Assembly: GCA_964564005.1 (NCBI GenBank)
Contig: CAZLZK010000001.1
Coordinates: 3,588-60,048, forward strand
Length of the DNA stretch: 56,461 nucleotides
Source of the DNA: an uncultured Gammaproteobacteria bacterium
GTDB taxonomy: Bacteria > Patescibacteriota > Microgenomatia > UBA8517 > UBA10165
Direction of reading: 5' to 3'
The notes below the pieces were generated by a model that saw nothing but the letters and a program-made list of their open reading frames with translations, had not been told where the DNA came from and did not search any database. The first letter of the stretch is position 1; every line of letters starts with the position of its first letter. A program made the position numbers and the translations under genes. This document shows positions 26,404 through 35,658 of this stretch, in pieces.

Positions 26404-28879
26404 ATTTATCAGCAACAAATAGTGCCACCAAAATAAACAACGTGGCACTTGATATCACCCGGCCTATTTTAAAGGATTCTGGAGAATAAAGAAACCGGAC
26501 CTCGTGAGTACCCCGGGGAACGATAACTGCGCGAAAGGTATAATTTGCACGATATATCCTAGTCTCGCGCCCATCAACGTAGGCCCGGAATCCCGGATAC
26601 CAGCTGTCTGAAACAAAGAGTAAACCCTCCCTGTCGGTTTTCACCTCGATGATACTCCCCTGCTCTTTGTATTTTTGATAAAAAACTTCGGTACAAGAGA
26701 CTTCGTTACAAAGAACTTCGTTTCTCATGTCTGCCGCCGTTCTCTCTATCTGCGGATCTTGTTCCAAAATTATTTTTGAAGAGAACGGATAATTCGGGTC
26801 TAGGAGCTTAGTTAATATCTCCTCGGGGTCACCCTCCGTCTCCCAATCATAAACCAAAAATGCCCTTGGAAGAACGGTTTTACTTTCAAGGATTGCCACA
26901 CTCTTGTCCTCAAAGGCCAACTTAAATCTCTCCTCTCTAAATCTTTCGGGAATATTACCAGAAGGGTCGGGTTCACCTCTCTGGTTCAGTTTATAAGCTA
27001 AATAATATTTGGTGTTCACAAGATCAAGAAGATGCGAGGTGTCATTGTCAACAATGCCGTATCGACCTGTAGGAGTTGCATCTATCCCTTGACTATTTAA
27101 CGCGGCTAAAAAATGAGAGATCCGGACTGGATGAATAGTTTCATAGCCTTCCAAAGAGTCTAATTTATAAGGTGTCCGTAAATTTACAGGAATTACCTTA
27201 TTCCCCGTCACTCTAAAAGGCTGTTCTTGGGAGATCAAGAAGTCCAGGATCGGAGTCCTTGGAAAAACCAGCCTTCTCTCAGAAAAAGGTGTAAATTTCC
27301 AACCAAATCTGAACAATTCAAACAAAAGTAAAAATGACAGAGATACGAGACCAAGTTTTTTAAACCTATCCCACCTTGCAATAAACCAAAGAATAAGGGT
27401 TGATGTTACAAATATTGCAATCGGCAGTACCAAATTTCGTAGGCCAACTGAGTATTTTGGGAAATTCTGGCTAGACGCAATCAAATAAACTGTCACAAAA
27501 AGAAAACCCCCCAAGATGAAGCTGGGAAAAATCAGTGCATACTTAAACTGAGGTTTACGACGAGAGAGGAGATAATCGAACCCAAACCCCGAAAGCAAGG
27601 AGGCTGCGAAATTAAACAGCACTGTCGCTCTATGGGCCGATGCTGCCTGCATTCCAAAGACATCGCTCCCCCACAAGAAGATTGAGAGAGGCGTAGGGAA
27701 AGACAGGACGAGCGAGAAGATTAATAGTGTAAACAAAAAAAGGACTGCTCTCTTTGCTTTTAAAAACCCTAGACCCAAAGTCGCCAGAACAAAAACTACA
27801 ACCCCGACATACCCAGTATTTGAGGTATAATCTTGAGGGCCCCAGTAGTTGCCGGTTGCATGGTTACCAAAATAATCAGGAGCAAGAAAAGTAATTATCT
27901 TACTCCACGGCAAAAAGGTCCATGTAAAAGAATTTGGTTCAAAACTTCTCTGTGAAAGTCTCCACAACTCTAGTGTTGGCAAGATTTGGAAGGCGGCAAG
28001 GGAAAGCGCAAGAAGCAAAAAGAAAGCCAAAAGAACCGTCTTTTTTACAAACTTGAAACCCCTCTCTTCATAAAACCGGATTCCCCATAAGATAACTATT
28101 GCCAAGGCTGTATATAAGCTTATTTGTGGATAACCTGAAAGGAGTTGAAAGACCAAGGTCAGCGATAAAAGAACACCATCTCGCGTCTCATGTTTCTTCA
28201 AATATCTATCCTCAAAGAGGACGGCGAGGGGAATAAAGCTTGATGCTAGGGTGTGTCCATTCCACTGAGAGAAGATAAGGTTAAAGCCAGAAAAAGCAAA
28301 AGCTATCCCCCCTAAAACTGATCCAAACTTAGACACATTCCAGTGTCTTAAGAGAAGAAACGAAAATAGGGCGGCTAGTAAATGCTGAAAAACTATTTGC
28401 AGACTCCAGGCGGAGAGAGTCTCAAAAAGAAAATATAAAAAATTCGTTGGAGAAAAAGGTGCTGCCTGTAAATTAGCAAAAAGTGGTGTGCCAGTCAGAA
28501 TATATGGGTTCCATAAAGGAAACTCACCAAGCTTAATAAGATCTACGCCCAGCATCTGCTCGGGGTAAATTAGGGAGACAGCATCGCTGGTTATTGGATT
28601 TTTAACCGGAACTCCTGTTACGTATCCCCACTTGTAATCAAGCCAGGGGTGGTATGCTCCGACAACCATATCCGAAGGCAAGGGGATTTTACCCTGCAGA
28701 AAAACTGGATAAAAGAAAGTCGCAACTGCGACGACTATAAGCAGAGCTTGACTTCGTATAAGCAGAGCTTGACTTCGTATAAGCAGCAAGGGCCAGCTTT
28801 TACTCAATAATCTTGAGAATTTCTTTTTCAAATCTTTCTTGGGAGAAGACTTTTGCTTTCTCTTGCGCTTTTTGGGCAA
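26369..28879 (-). CDS. Large polytopic membrane protein, YfhO-like GT-C candidate
   Basis: 836 aa in the ORF track. Many TM helices followed by a C-terminal external domain and a final TM, as in YfhO-type lipid-linked-sugar transferases. The track start (TTG 28879) overlaps the upstream GT4 by 80 nt. A TTG at 28807 (overlapping that gene's stop) is a more conventional start. Carries the 21-bp repeat near the N-terminus. Confidence 0.6.
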   Translation of the reverse strand: MPKKRKRKQKSSPKKDLKKKFSRLLSKSWPLLLIRSQALLIRSQALLIVVAVATFFYPVFLQGKIPLPSDMVVGAYHPWLDYKWGYVTGVPVKNPITSDAVSLIYPEQMLGVDLIKLGEFPLWNPYILTGTPLFANLQAAPFSPTNFLYFLFETLSAWSLQIVFQHLLAALFSFLLLRHWNVSKFGSVLGGIAFAFSGFNLIFSQWNGHTLASSFIPLAVLFEDRYLKKHETRDGVLLSLTLVFQLLSGYPQISLYTALAIVILWGIRFYEERGFKFVKKTVLLAFFLLLALSLAAFQILPTLELWRLSQRSFEPNSFTWTFLPWSKIITFLAPDYFGNHATGNYWGPQDYTSNTGYVGVVVFVLATLGLGFLKAKRAVLFLFTLLIFSLVLSFPTPLSIFLWGSDVFGMQAASAHRATVLFNFAASLLSGFGFDYLLSRRKPQFKYALIFPSFILGGFLFVTVYLIASSQNFPKYSVGLRNLVLPIAIFVTSTLILWFIARWDRFKKLGLVSLSFLLLFELFRFGWKFTPFSERRLVFPRTPILDFLISQEQPFRVTGNKVIPVNLRTPYKLDSLEGYETIHPVRISHFLAALNSQGIDATPTGRYGIVDNDTSHLLDLVNTKYYLAYKLNQRGEPDPSGNIPERFREERFKLAFEDKSVAILESKTVLPRAFLVYDWETEGDPEEILTKLLDPNYPFSSKIILEQDPQIERTAADMRNEVLCNEVSCTEVFYQKYKEQGSIIEVKTDREGLLFVSDSWYPGFRAYVDGRETRIYRANYTFRAVIVPRGTHEVRFLYSPESFKIGRVISSATLFILVALFVADKYGIARRIKIAD
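26685..26729. repeat. 15-bp tandem repeat x3 (ACTTCGKTACAARGA, third unit diverged)
   Basis: Encodes NEVLCNEVSCTEVFY in the C-terminal external domain of the YfhO-like protein. Confidence 0.8.
28738..28786 (+). repeat. 21-bp repeat family, 2 identical tandem units plus a partial one (TAAGCAGAGCTTGACTTCGTA)
   Basis: Units at 28738-28758 and 28759-28779, then TAAGCAG. Encodes LLIRSQALLIRSQALLI at the N-terminus of the YfhO-like protein. Confidence 0.95.
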
Positions 28880-29831
28880 TTTTCTCCCGACTCCTTTCGT
28901 TAGAAACTAAATCTAGAGTTATTCTTTCAAGATCGTCAAAAGAATCCCAAAGGAAACCGTTCTTTTTATTATCAACTATCTCTTTATGTCCACCTTGATT
29001 AACGATTATTGGAACACATCCTCCGGCCATTGCCTCAACCACGCTAATACCAAAATGCTCAACTTTTTGAGGTTCTTGAAGCACATTTACCCCAAAACCA
29101 GAAGCAGACCAAAAGATTTTAGCCCGTCCATAAAAGTTTTTCACTTCCGAAAAAGGCAAATTCTCTAATATTTCTATTGGATATCCTCGGCTCTCTTCTT
29201 TTAGATACTCAACATAATCACTCCTCCCAACATCGCTGCCGCCAATAAGTACTAATTTCCACCCACGGAGTTCTTTGTCGTAGAGCCTCTTAAACACATC
29301 GACTAAGATATCCTGTCTTTTACTTTGTTGAAGCTTTGAAAATCTCCCTACAAAAAGAATAATGTCTTGTTTTTTGAGAGGTTTAATCTCGTTGGTGGGG
29401 ACAGGGGGATAAATCACCTCACTTTTAACAGAATATTCCTTGTCGATAAAGCCTTTTGTGAATCGAGAGTTACAAACAACCGTATTTATCTTGGCCAACT
29501 TTATTCTATTGAACAAGGCTCTTCCTCTAAGATTGTGAAAGGGAGTTTGAAAGTGAAGAATATTTTTTTTGGCAAGCATTAAGGGGATACTCCCATCAGA
29601 TAACCAAAAAAGGAGGTTATATCCGGCCCCCCGAGATATATCTTTAACTATCTCTATCCCAGAAAGGTCCAGGCCCAGACGAAGTTCAAGCCACTCAAGG
29701 ATCTTTGGATGCTTCCATGCAACTTCAACATCCCACCCGTGCAGTCTTAATGCATACGCCACCATCATTGTGTAACGCTCGCCTCCGCCAAGAGTGTCAA
29801 GATAGGGATTATAAATTGCCGCCCGCATCAT
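28800..29831 (-). CDS. GT4 (GT-B fold) glycosyltransferase
   Basis: MMRAAIYNPYLDTLGGGERY N-terminus and EHFGISVVEAMAGGCVPIIVNQGGHKEIV (E-x7-E). The ATG at 29831 forms an ATGA overlap with the stop of 29828..30595. The track extension to 29990 lies inside the upstream gene. Confidence 0.9.
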   Translation of the reverse strand: MMRAAIYNPYLDTLGGGERYTMMVAYALRLHGWDVEVAWKHPKILEWLELRLGLDLSGIEIVKDISRGAGYNLLFWLSDGSIPLMLAKKNILHFQTPFHNLRGRALFNRIKLAKINTVVCNSRFTKGFIDKEYSVKSEVIYPPVPTNEIKPLKKQDIILFVGRFSKLQQSKRQDILVDVFKRLYDKELRGWKLVLIGGSDVGRSDYVEYLKEESRGYPIEILENLPFSEVKNFYGRAKIFWSASGFGVNVLQEPQKVEHFGISVVEAMAGGCVPIIVNQGGHKEIVDNKKNGFLWDSFDDLERITLDLVSNERSREKIAQKAQEKAKVFSQERFEKEILKIIE

Positions 29832-30595
29832 TGCCTCCTTTGCATTTCCCACAATTTTCCGTAAGTCACAAACTTGCTCCACATCTGATAAATTGCGTAG
29901 ATAATTCCTGCCGTCCCGTCCAAAAATCCAGCTTTGACGCCCAATCGATACCACAATTCTCCGGCCATGATTCTTATAAAACGCCACCAAGACATCTTTG
30001 GGTGTCCACTTTTGAATAGCAATCTTGCTTCAATAACAGACCATTTGTTGGTTTTTTCTATCATCTCCGAAAGATTATCGTGTTTTAAATGAAGCATAGG
30101 ATTTTTAAGATGCCGCAATTCTCCCTTAAATACTGGCTCCTCATGTAACTTTCCTCTCCATCCTTCGAGGGCATCTTTTTTAAATAAGCGTTTTACATAG
30201 TCCGGCCACCAACCGCCATGTCTCATCTCGCGTCCCAATATAATATTCTTCCGCGGAATTGCATAGGCTCCGCAGTTCGATTGCTTCACTGCCCCATTAC
30301 TAACAAGCTCCTTGATTTCTTTCTGAAGTTCCGGCGTCACTCTCTCGTCTGTATCCAAATAAAAAACCCACTTACCTTTTGCCTCTTTTAACCCTTGGTT
30401 GCGCCATGCAGAATAACCTTTCCCTTTTTGCTTAACTACACATGCCTTATGCTTTTTAGCAACATCCAAAGTTCCGTCTGTTGAACCGCCATCCAAAACA
30501 ATAACCTCATCTGCTAGGCTATTCGTAGATTCCAGAGCGCCTCCGATTTTATCGGCCGCATTTTTAGCGATTATAACTACTGACAAATTTAGCAT
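29828..30595 (-). CDS. GT2 glycosyltransferase (paralog of 6632..7537 and 31527..32426)
   Basis: LSVVIIAKNAADKIGGALESTNSLADEVIVLDGGSTDGT ... YLDTDE ... GGWWPDY. Confidence 0.9.
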   Translation of the reverse strand: MLNLSVVIIAKNAADKIGGALESTNSLADEVIVLDGGSTDGTLDVAKKHKACVVKQKGKGYSAWRNQGLKEAKGKWVFYLDTDERVTPELQKEIKELVSNGAVKQSNCGAYAIPRKNIILGREMRHGGWWPDYVKRLFKKDALEGWRGKLHEEPVFKGELRHLKNPMLHLKHDNLSEMIEKTNKWSVIEARLLFKSGHPKMSWWRFIRIMAGELWYRLGVKAGFLDGTAGIIYAIYQMWSKFVTYGKLWEMQRRQ

Positions 30596-30597
30596 CT

Positions 30598-31530
30598 CTA
30601 TTTCTTTACACCCATATGCAAGGGTGTAAAGCTCCCTGCGCCATACCTTCCAATAAAGAAATCAAAAGCTCCTATTCTTTGCCATCTCCTACCAATCAAG
30701 ATAAACTTCAAAGCCTCCTTAAGCAGTGCGAATTTTGCCTGAAACGGTGCATAACGCATGCCAAAAAGAAGCCTATTCCGTGTAATAAAGTAGTCGTTAA
30801 GTTGACTCCCTATGCCAGAGCTCCTAGCAACCTTATGCCAAAGATAGCTAGAGGGAACATACATTACTTTCCAGCCCGCTTCCCTGGCCCTTTGGCAAAG
30901 ATCAACATCCTCAAGATACATAAAGTAACGTTCATCCAAAAGCCCTACTTTCTCAAGCGCCTCACTTTTTATAAGCATGCAGGCGCCGGTTGCAAAATCG
31001 GTTTCTTGGGTTTTGTCGTATTGCCCTCTGTCAACTTCATCAACCCCACGATTACTACCTAGGACATTCTCCCAATCAAAAGTACCCCCCGCATACCACA
31101 AAACTCGTCCGCGGACCCTTTCACTATATCTCTCTTTGTGAAACTCAAATTTAGGGGCGAAATAAATTTTTGGAGAAATTATTCCACCTTTTCTATGTCT
31201 CTTAGCACTCTTAAGCAACCCCCCCACCAGATCTCTATCAACGATTGTGTCGTTATTTAAAATAAGTACAAAGTCTGCACCTTTTTTGAGTGCGAATTTG
31301 ATTCCAACATTATTGCCACCCGCAAACCCCAAATTCTTTTTGTTTTCCAAGACGACAACATCTTTGTACCGTTCCCTAATTTCTCTGACAGAATTATCTG
31401 AAGAACCATTATCCACAACTACCGTCTGGCATTTAAAGTTTTTGATCCGTAATTTCTTCAAGGACTCCAGGCATTCGATAGTATCTTCCTTGCCATTCCA
31501 GTTCAAAACAACAACTGAAACTTGAATCAT
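30598..31530 (-). CDS. GT2 glycosyltransferase (WbbL-like subgroup)
   Basis: VSVVVLNWNGKEDTIECLESL ... VVVDNGSSDNS ... NLGFAGGNNVG ... YFMYLEDVDLCQRA. Confidence 0.9.
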   Translation of the reverse strand: MIQVSVVVLNWNGKEDTIECLESLKKLRIKNFKCQTVVVDNGSSDNSVREIRERYKDVVVLENKKNLGFAGGNNVGIKFALKKGADFVLILNNDTIVDRDLVGGLLKSAKRHRKGGIISPKIYFAPKFEFHKERYSERVRGRVLWYAGGTFDWENVLGSNRGVDEVDRGQYDKTQETDFATGACMLIKSEALEKVGLLDERYFMYLEDVDLCQRAREAGWKVMYVPSSYLWHKVARSSGIGSQLNDYFITRNRLLFGMRYAPFQAKFALLKEALKFILIGRRWQRIGAFDFFIGRYGAGSFTPLHMGVKK

Positions 31531-32426
31531 TTGAGAAGCTTACGCAGTAATTTAGTAAACGCCCCAACTTTTCGCATACTTGTGCGTTCTAGCCAATAAT
31601 CGAGTTCTCCCTCCGTTTTTGTAATCTCGCTTTCGATCTCTTGTTCAGAAAGAGGAATTTCTCTGAACTTACTCATTTCCCAAACTTTTACATAAACAAT
31701 AAATTCTGAAATCGACTGTAAGATACTTAAAACAAACCCATGGACACCATCCTTATACCCCTCTCCGGCAAAAAAGCGGCTCATAAACTCAGATGCTGGT
31801 TTTCTTAAGAGGTCTGGCCAGGAAAATTTATAACCACCTGATACCAAAAATTTTGCTTGAATATTTGTATAGTTATTTAACCGCTCAACATACTGGCTTA
31901 CAGAATCATAATTGTGATGGATTATGGCGTTTTTTTCTTTGGCATCAAGATCTATCCCCTTGCCCCGCGTTTCCGGAACCGAGTGAATAATCTCGCTCCA
32001 AGAAACTACGCCCTTTTTGAAAAATCTAATATTGTGGTCGGGCCACCAGCGGGAATGACGAATCCAGTGTCCAAAAATAATATTTTTACGAGGTAGTCTG
32101 TAAAAACTTATGGAGCTCTCCGTTCGGGAAATCTTCCGCAACCTCTTGCTAAGTTCCATCCCGATTTCCTCGTCTGCATCCAAGACCAATATCCAGTCCC
32201 CAGTTGCGCGACTTATTGCAAAATTTCTTGCTGGTTCGACATACCCCGTTCTCGGGTGGGTATAAATTCTTGCACCTGCCTTTTTGGCAATAGAAACCGT
32301 CTTGTCGGTTGAAAACATATCAACTACGACAATTTCATCTGCCAGATCTTTGACCGAGGCAAGGGCGCGGGGGAGGTTTTTCTCTTCGTTCCTGGTATTA
32401 ATAACAACAGATATCTTGCCCATCAA
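31527..32426 (-). CDS. GT2 glycosyltransferase (paralog of 6632..7537 and 29828..30595)
   Basis: ISVVINTRNEEKNLPRALASVKDLADEIVVVDMFSTDKT ... VLDADE ... SRWWPDH. Confidence 0.9.
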   Translation of the reverse strand: MMGKISVVINTRNEEKNLPRALASVKDLADEIVVVDMFSTDKTVSIAKKAGARIYTHPRTGYVEPARNFAISRATGDWILVLDADEEIGMELSKRLRKISRTESSISFYRLPRKNIIFGHWIRHSRWWPDHNIRFFKKGVVSWSEIIHSVPETRGKGIDLDAKEKNAIIHHNYDSVSQYVERLNNYTNIQAKFLVSGGYKFSWPDLLRKPASEFMSRFFAGEGYKDGVHGFVLSILQSISEFIVYVKVWEMSKFREIPLSEQEIESEITKTEGELDYWLERTSMRKVGAFTKLLRKLLK

Positions 32427-32446
32427 TCTCTAATTCTAACACCAAG

Positions 32447-34165
32447 CTAGTCTACGCGGTAAATCTTGACCTCCTTATTCTCAAAAATTTGAGTTAATCC
32501 TAACTGTCCTTCTCCAAGTCTTGCACGCTGCTTACCAACCCAGTACACATACTTAATCTCATTTTCTCGCAAAAAATCCCGCGCAACTTTTTGTTCGAGT
32601 GTAGCCAAAAACTCCTCGACTTTGATCCTCCGCGCTCTCCATGGATAATCCATTATATTTAGGTTAACCTCATCCTCGAGATATACAGGTTTATTAGAGA
32701 ATGCTGCAACATAAGCTGTGGATTCATAAAGATAAAGTGGCCGGGGCGGAGAACTTTCGGCAAGTTTTGCCGCCTCTTGGTCATAAGGGTATGTCAAAAC
32801 AACTCCATCCCCCTGTTGTTGCAGAAACGCAAGGGCTGAGAGCTCCTCATTTGAGATCTTAGCTGGGGGCCTGCCGGGAAGATAGTGTTTCAGGGTAGCA
32901 ATAGTTGAGGGAATAGTAAGTAATACAATTACAACTACCACCGCTTTTTTAGATCGCATCTTCTTCAAGAGCTCCTCGATAGAGACCCCGGCGAGAATTC
33001 CAAAAGCCACAAGTGTATAGTAAAAAAATTGGATTGTGTTCCACGGGGTACCTTTTTGTAAAAAGAGCATCGGTAGGATGACGCCCGTGACACCAACCGA
33101 TGAAAGAAATATTGCCACAATATCAACCTCTTTTTTCTTGAAAATACGGAAGACCTCAATAACTCCCAACATTCGAGTCCCCATATTCCCAATTAGAAAA
33201 ATTCCAAAGGCCACGCCATAGGCCAAAATTGCTTTGGTCCAAATTTCTCCTGCGCGGTACGTTGTCATCGCCTCATAAAACTTGTGCCAATCGAGCCTAT
33301 CAGACAAGGCCATCATTGTTTCTAAAAACCAAAACGGCTGAAAGACCAAAAGTTGAGAGGATCCCCTGTTAAGAGGCAAAAATAAAGCAACAGAGAAAGC
33401 GGCAGTTAACACAAAAATTCCCAACAGGGTCGCGTCTCTTTTTGCAAGAAGGCGCAAGACAGCAATAACCAAGAGTGAGAAAATAGCTAGAATCCCTGCA
33501 TATACCTTAATCTGACCCAACAAGCCAAAAACAATAACTGTCGCCAGGAGATCAAATACTCTCCGCGACTTGTCATACTTAGCAAGAAAATAGATCCCTA
33601 AAAGCATTAAGACGATCGAGGTTGCGAACGGGGGATTAATAAGGGTCGAGATTGCCTGTTGCGACCAAAACATAGATTCTCCGCCAAGCCCGCGCGATCT
33701 TATTAAAGTTAATATCCACCCAAAGTTGCCCCCAAAATAAACGAAGAATGTTGCCCAGAGAGCTGCTGAACGCGAGTTCTTCCAGAACAATACCAATTTG
33801 TATGTCACAAAGCCGGCGGCCAGAGAAAGAAAGAGCGGCACAATCTGAAAGTAGAGAATCTGCGCTGGAATGCCTGTTGCACGATTGAGAAAGGCAAGAA
33901 TTAAGTCGAAGCCTATGTGGTAGTTTCGGATGATCTCTCCCGAAAAAACTGGTATCGCAAATGAGCCGCGAGCTAAGTGATTAATAAGCGCAATATGCCA
34001 AACGCCATCGTGTCCATTTGGGCCCCAAAAACCCATTCCGAAAGAATAAATAAGACCACTTTTAAACATAGTGAGATACCAAGTTAGACTTCCGAGAAGA
34101 ACTACAAGCAGAGTATATTTACTTGTTGCGTAGCGCATGGATAATCTTGCGGCTCTCCGAAACAA
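32447..34165 (-). CDS. Polytopic membrane protein with a C-terminal external domain, family not recognised (candidate polymerase or GT-C)
   Basis: 572 aa with 12 or more TM. GFWGPNGHDGVWHIALINHL motif after TM1. A soluble tail of about 170 aa. The start may be Met at 34138. Confidence 0.5.
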   Translation of the reverse strand: MFRRAARLSMRYATSKYTLLVVLLGSLTWYLTMFKSGLIYSFGMGFWGPNGHDGVWHIALINHLARGSFAIPVFSGEIIRNYHIGFDLILAFLNRATGIPAQILYFQIVPLFLSLAAGFVTYKLVLFWKNSRSAALWATFFVYFGGNFGWILTLIRSRGLGGESMFWSQQAISTLINPPFATSIVLMLLGIYFLAKYDKSRRVFDLLATVIVFGLLGQIKVYAGILAIFSLLVIAVLRLLAKRDATLLGIFVLTAAFSVALFLPLNRGSSQLLVFQPFWFLETMMALSDRLDWHKFYEAMTTYRAGEIWTKAILAYGVAFGIFLIGNMGTRMLGVIEVFRIFKKKEVDIVAIFLSSVGVTGVILPMLFLQKGTPWNTIQFFYYTLVAFGILAGVSIEELLKKMRSKKAVVVVIVLLTIPSTIATLKHYLPGRPPAKISNEELSALAFLQQQGDGVVLTYPYDQEAAKLAESSPPRPLYLYESTAYVAAFSNKPVYLEDEVNLNIMDYPWRARRIKVEEFLATLEQKVARDFLRENEIKYVYWVGKQRARLGEGQLGLTQIFENKEVKIYRVD

Positions 34166-35609
34166 TTCCGGGCGAAAGAAGATAGGTGGCGATTGCGTAA
34201 ACAGCAGTGCCTATCGCTATTAATAAAACTACCGAGGCAAAAGACGCCGGCATGAAAGTCCGCAAAAATAGAAGCACAGATCCCATTAAGAAAGCAGCCA
34301 GTAGGGGCTTGCCTGTACTCCCCGCCAAGTCAAATACAATGTGTTGCCTCACAACTAGAATTGCAACAACTGATGTTGTGCCGACAACCGCTGCACCCGC
34401 AGCTGCCCCATTAACTCCAGCCAAAATTGCCATCCCGGGCACAAGAAGCCAGCTAATGGCAGTCCACATAATCATAAGTTTGAAAGTAACACCGATCTTG
34501 CCGACCGCATTTAGGAGATTTGTTAAAGGGGTGGTCACAGCAGCCCAAGCAGCATTTATTCCATAAAATCCCAAGGCGAGAAGTGCCGGTTGCCACTTAT
34601 CATATTTTGGAATAATCTCAACGAGAATTGGCGCAACAAGTATAAGGCCCACCAAAGAAGGAAATACTAAGAGGCAAACAAAAAAGATGGACCGGGAAAC
34701 AGCCTTGGATAACTCCTCACGATCTTCTTGCATCCGTGAGAAAGCAGGAAAAGTAACTTTTATTACTTGGTCCATAAAAAACCTTAAAGGTGCAAAACCC
34801 CACTTTTGTGCCCAGCCCAAGAGTCCAATCCCCGAGGCGCCAAGTATCGCCCCAAGAACCGCTGTTAAACCATCATCTTTGACAACTGCAAGAAAGGTGT
34901 TCACCTGATACGGCAATCCAAAACGCAAAAGCCTTCGCAAAGACTTTCTTGAAAATGCAAAAGCGGGCATCCAAGGTTCTAGAAAATAGATGATAATCAA
35001 ACCCGAAAGACCCCGTACAAGGACAGCAATCGTAAAACTGGTTATCCCAAAACCACGCCAAGCCAGGAAAACCGCAACAGCGTTAAACAGAAGCGTCTCG
35101 ACGATTTGGGGAACAATTAATCGGTTAAAGTCCAGCCGCCTTTCTAGGAGAACTGACGGGATCGTCTTAAGAGATGAAAACAAAAGGGATAGTGCCAGCG
35201 CCCAAAAAAGGAAAATGCTGTTAGTCTCGAAGCCATACCATTTTCTTAAAAAGGGAGTGGCGGCAAAAATAACGATCAGCAATCCCAAAACCAAGATTTG
35301 CTGAACGGTAAATGTCGTGCGAAGGTCTTCCTCGGTAACCGCCTCCCTTTTTTGGACAAGCGCTGCGGCAAGCCCGATATCGGAAAAATAGGCAAAGAGG
35401 TTGATAACAGCCGACACTAGAAAAAAGACACCATACTCCCTAGGCTCAAGAAAAACTGTGAGGAGAAAGGTAGCAACAAGCGCAACAACTTGAAGAATAA
35501 ATGTGCGGAAGGTCAAGAAGAGCACACCTTTTACGGCACGATGTTTCACAAGCTCAAGCGACAGCTCGCTTGTCGGATCCAGGTGCTCGCTTGACTCAAC
35601 TATCGCCAC
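34119..35609 (-). CDS. MOP-superfamily polysaccharide flippase (Wzx-like)
   Basis: 496 aa, about 14 TM. The N-terminal region (HRAVKGVLFLTFRTFILQVVALVATFLLTVFLEPREYGVF) and overall layout are typical of Polysacc_synt/Polysacc_synt_C proteins. GTG start at 35609. Confidence 0.75.
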   Translation of the reverse strand: MAIVESSEHLDPTSELSLELVKHRAVKGVLFLTFRTFILQVVALVATFLLTVFLEPREYGVFFLVSAVINLFAYFSDIGLAAALVQKREAVTEEDLRTTFTVQQILVLGLLIVIFAATPFLRKWYGFETNSIFLFWALALSLLFSSLKTIPSVLLERRLDFNRLIVPQIVETLLFNAVAVFLAWRGFGITSFTIAVLVRGLSGLIIIYFLEPWMPAFAFSRKSLRRLLRFGLPYQVNTFLAVVKDDGLTAVLGAILGASGIGLLGWAQKWGFAPLRFFMDQVIKVTFPAFSRMQEDREELSKAVSRSIFFVCLLVFPSLVGLILVAPILVEIIPKYDKWQPALLALGFYGINAAWAAVTTPLTNLLNAVGKIGVTFKLMIMWTAISWLLVPGMAILAGVNGAAAGAAVVGTTSVVAILVVRQHIVFDLAGSTGKPLLAAFLMGSVLLFLRTFMPASFASVVLLIAIGTAVYAIATYLLSPGIVSESRKIIHALRNK

Positions 35610-35658
35610 AGCTCAAATTGTAGCACGAAAACGGAACCGAAAAAGGGCTCGTCTTAGC

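Noticed and set aside
30795-30985. Weak matches to the 21-bp unit inside GT2 gene 30598..31530 (TTGACTCCCTATGCCAGAGCT at about 30795 and CTTATAAAAAGTGAGGCGCTTGAG on the minus strand at about 30955). Similar weak hits occur at 22590-22612, 16468-16490, 3320-3342 and 46290-46312.
   Set aside because: The identities are partial (at most about 16 of 24, core matches of 9 nt or less). The 30598..31530 sites encode residues that are conserved GT2 family motifs (ACMLIKSEALEKVG and HKVARSSGIGS). They are most likely chance or compositional similarity. A statistical scan would be needed to claim them.
30616-31062. Long antisense ORFs in the track, for example 30616..31062, 8485..8850, 10212..10565, 34207..34566, 37515..37883, 40408..40728, 48029..48454 and 49705..49911.
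   Set aside because: Each lies entirely within, and opposite to, a longer ORF with clear family motifs. Their translations are low-complexity or Arg/Ser/Cys-rich shadow frames. 48029..48454 and 49705..49911 simply read the repeat units in another frame.
35564-35605. GCTCGCTTG recurs with exactly 21-bp spacing at the 5' end of the flippase gene (ESSEHLD/PTSELSL). Could this be a degenerate copy of the repeat family?
   Set aside because: Only a 9-mer is shared between the two units and only GCTTG(A/T)C with the family consensus. That is insufficient to separate it from chance without a genome-wide model.
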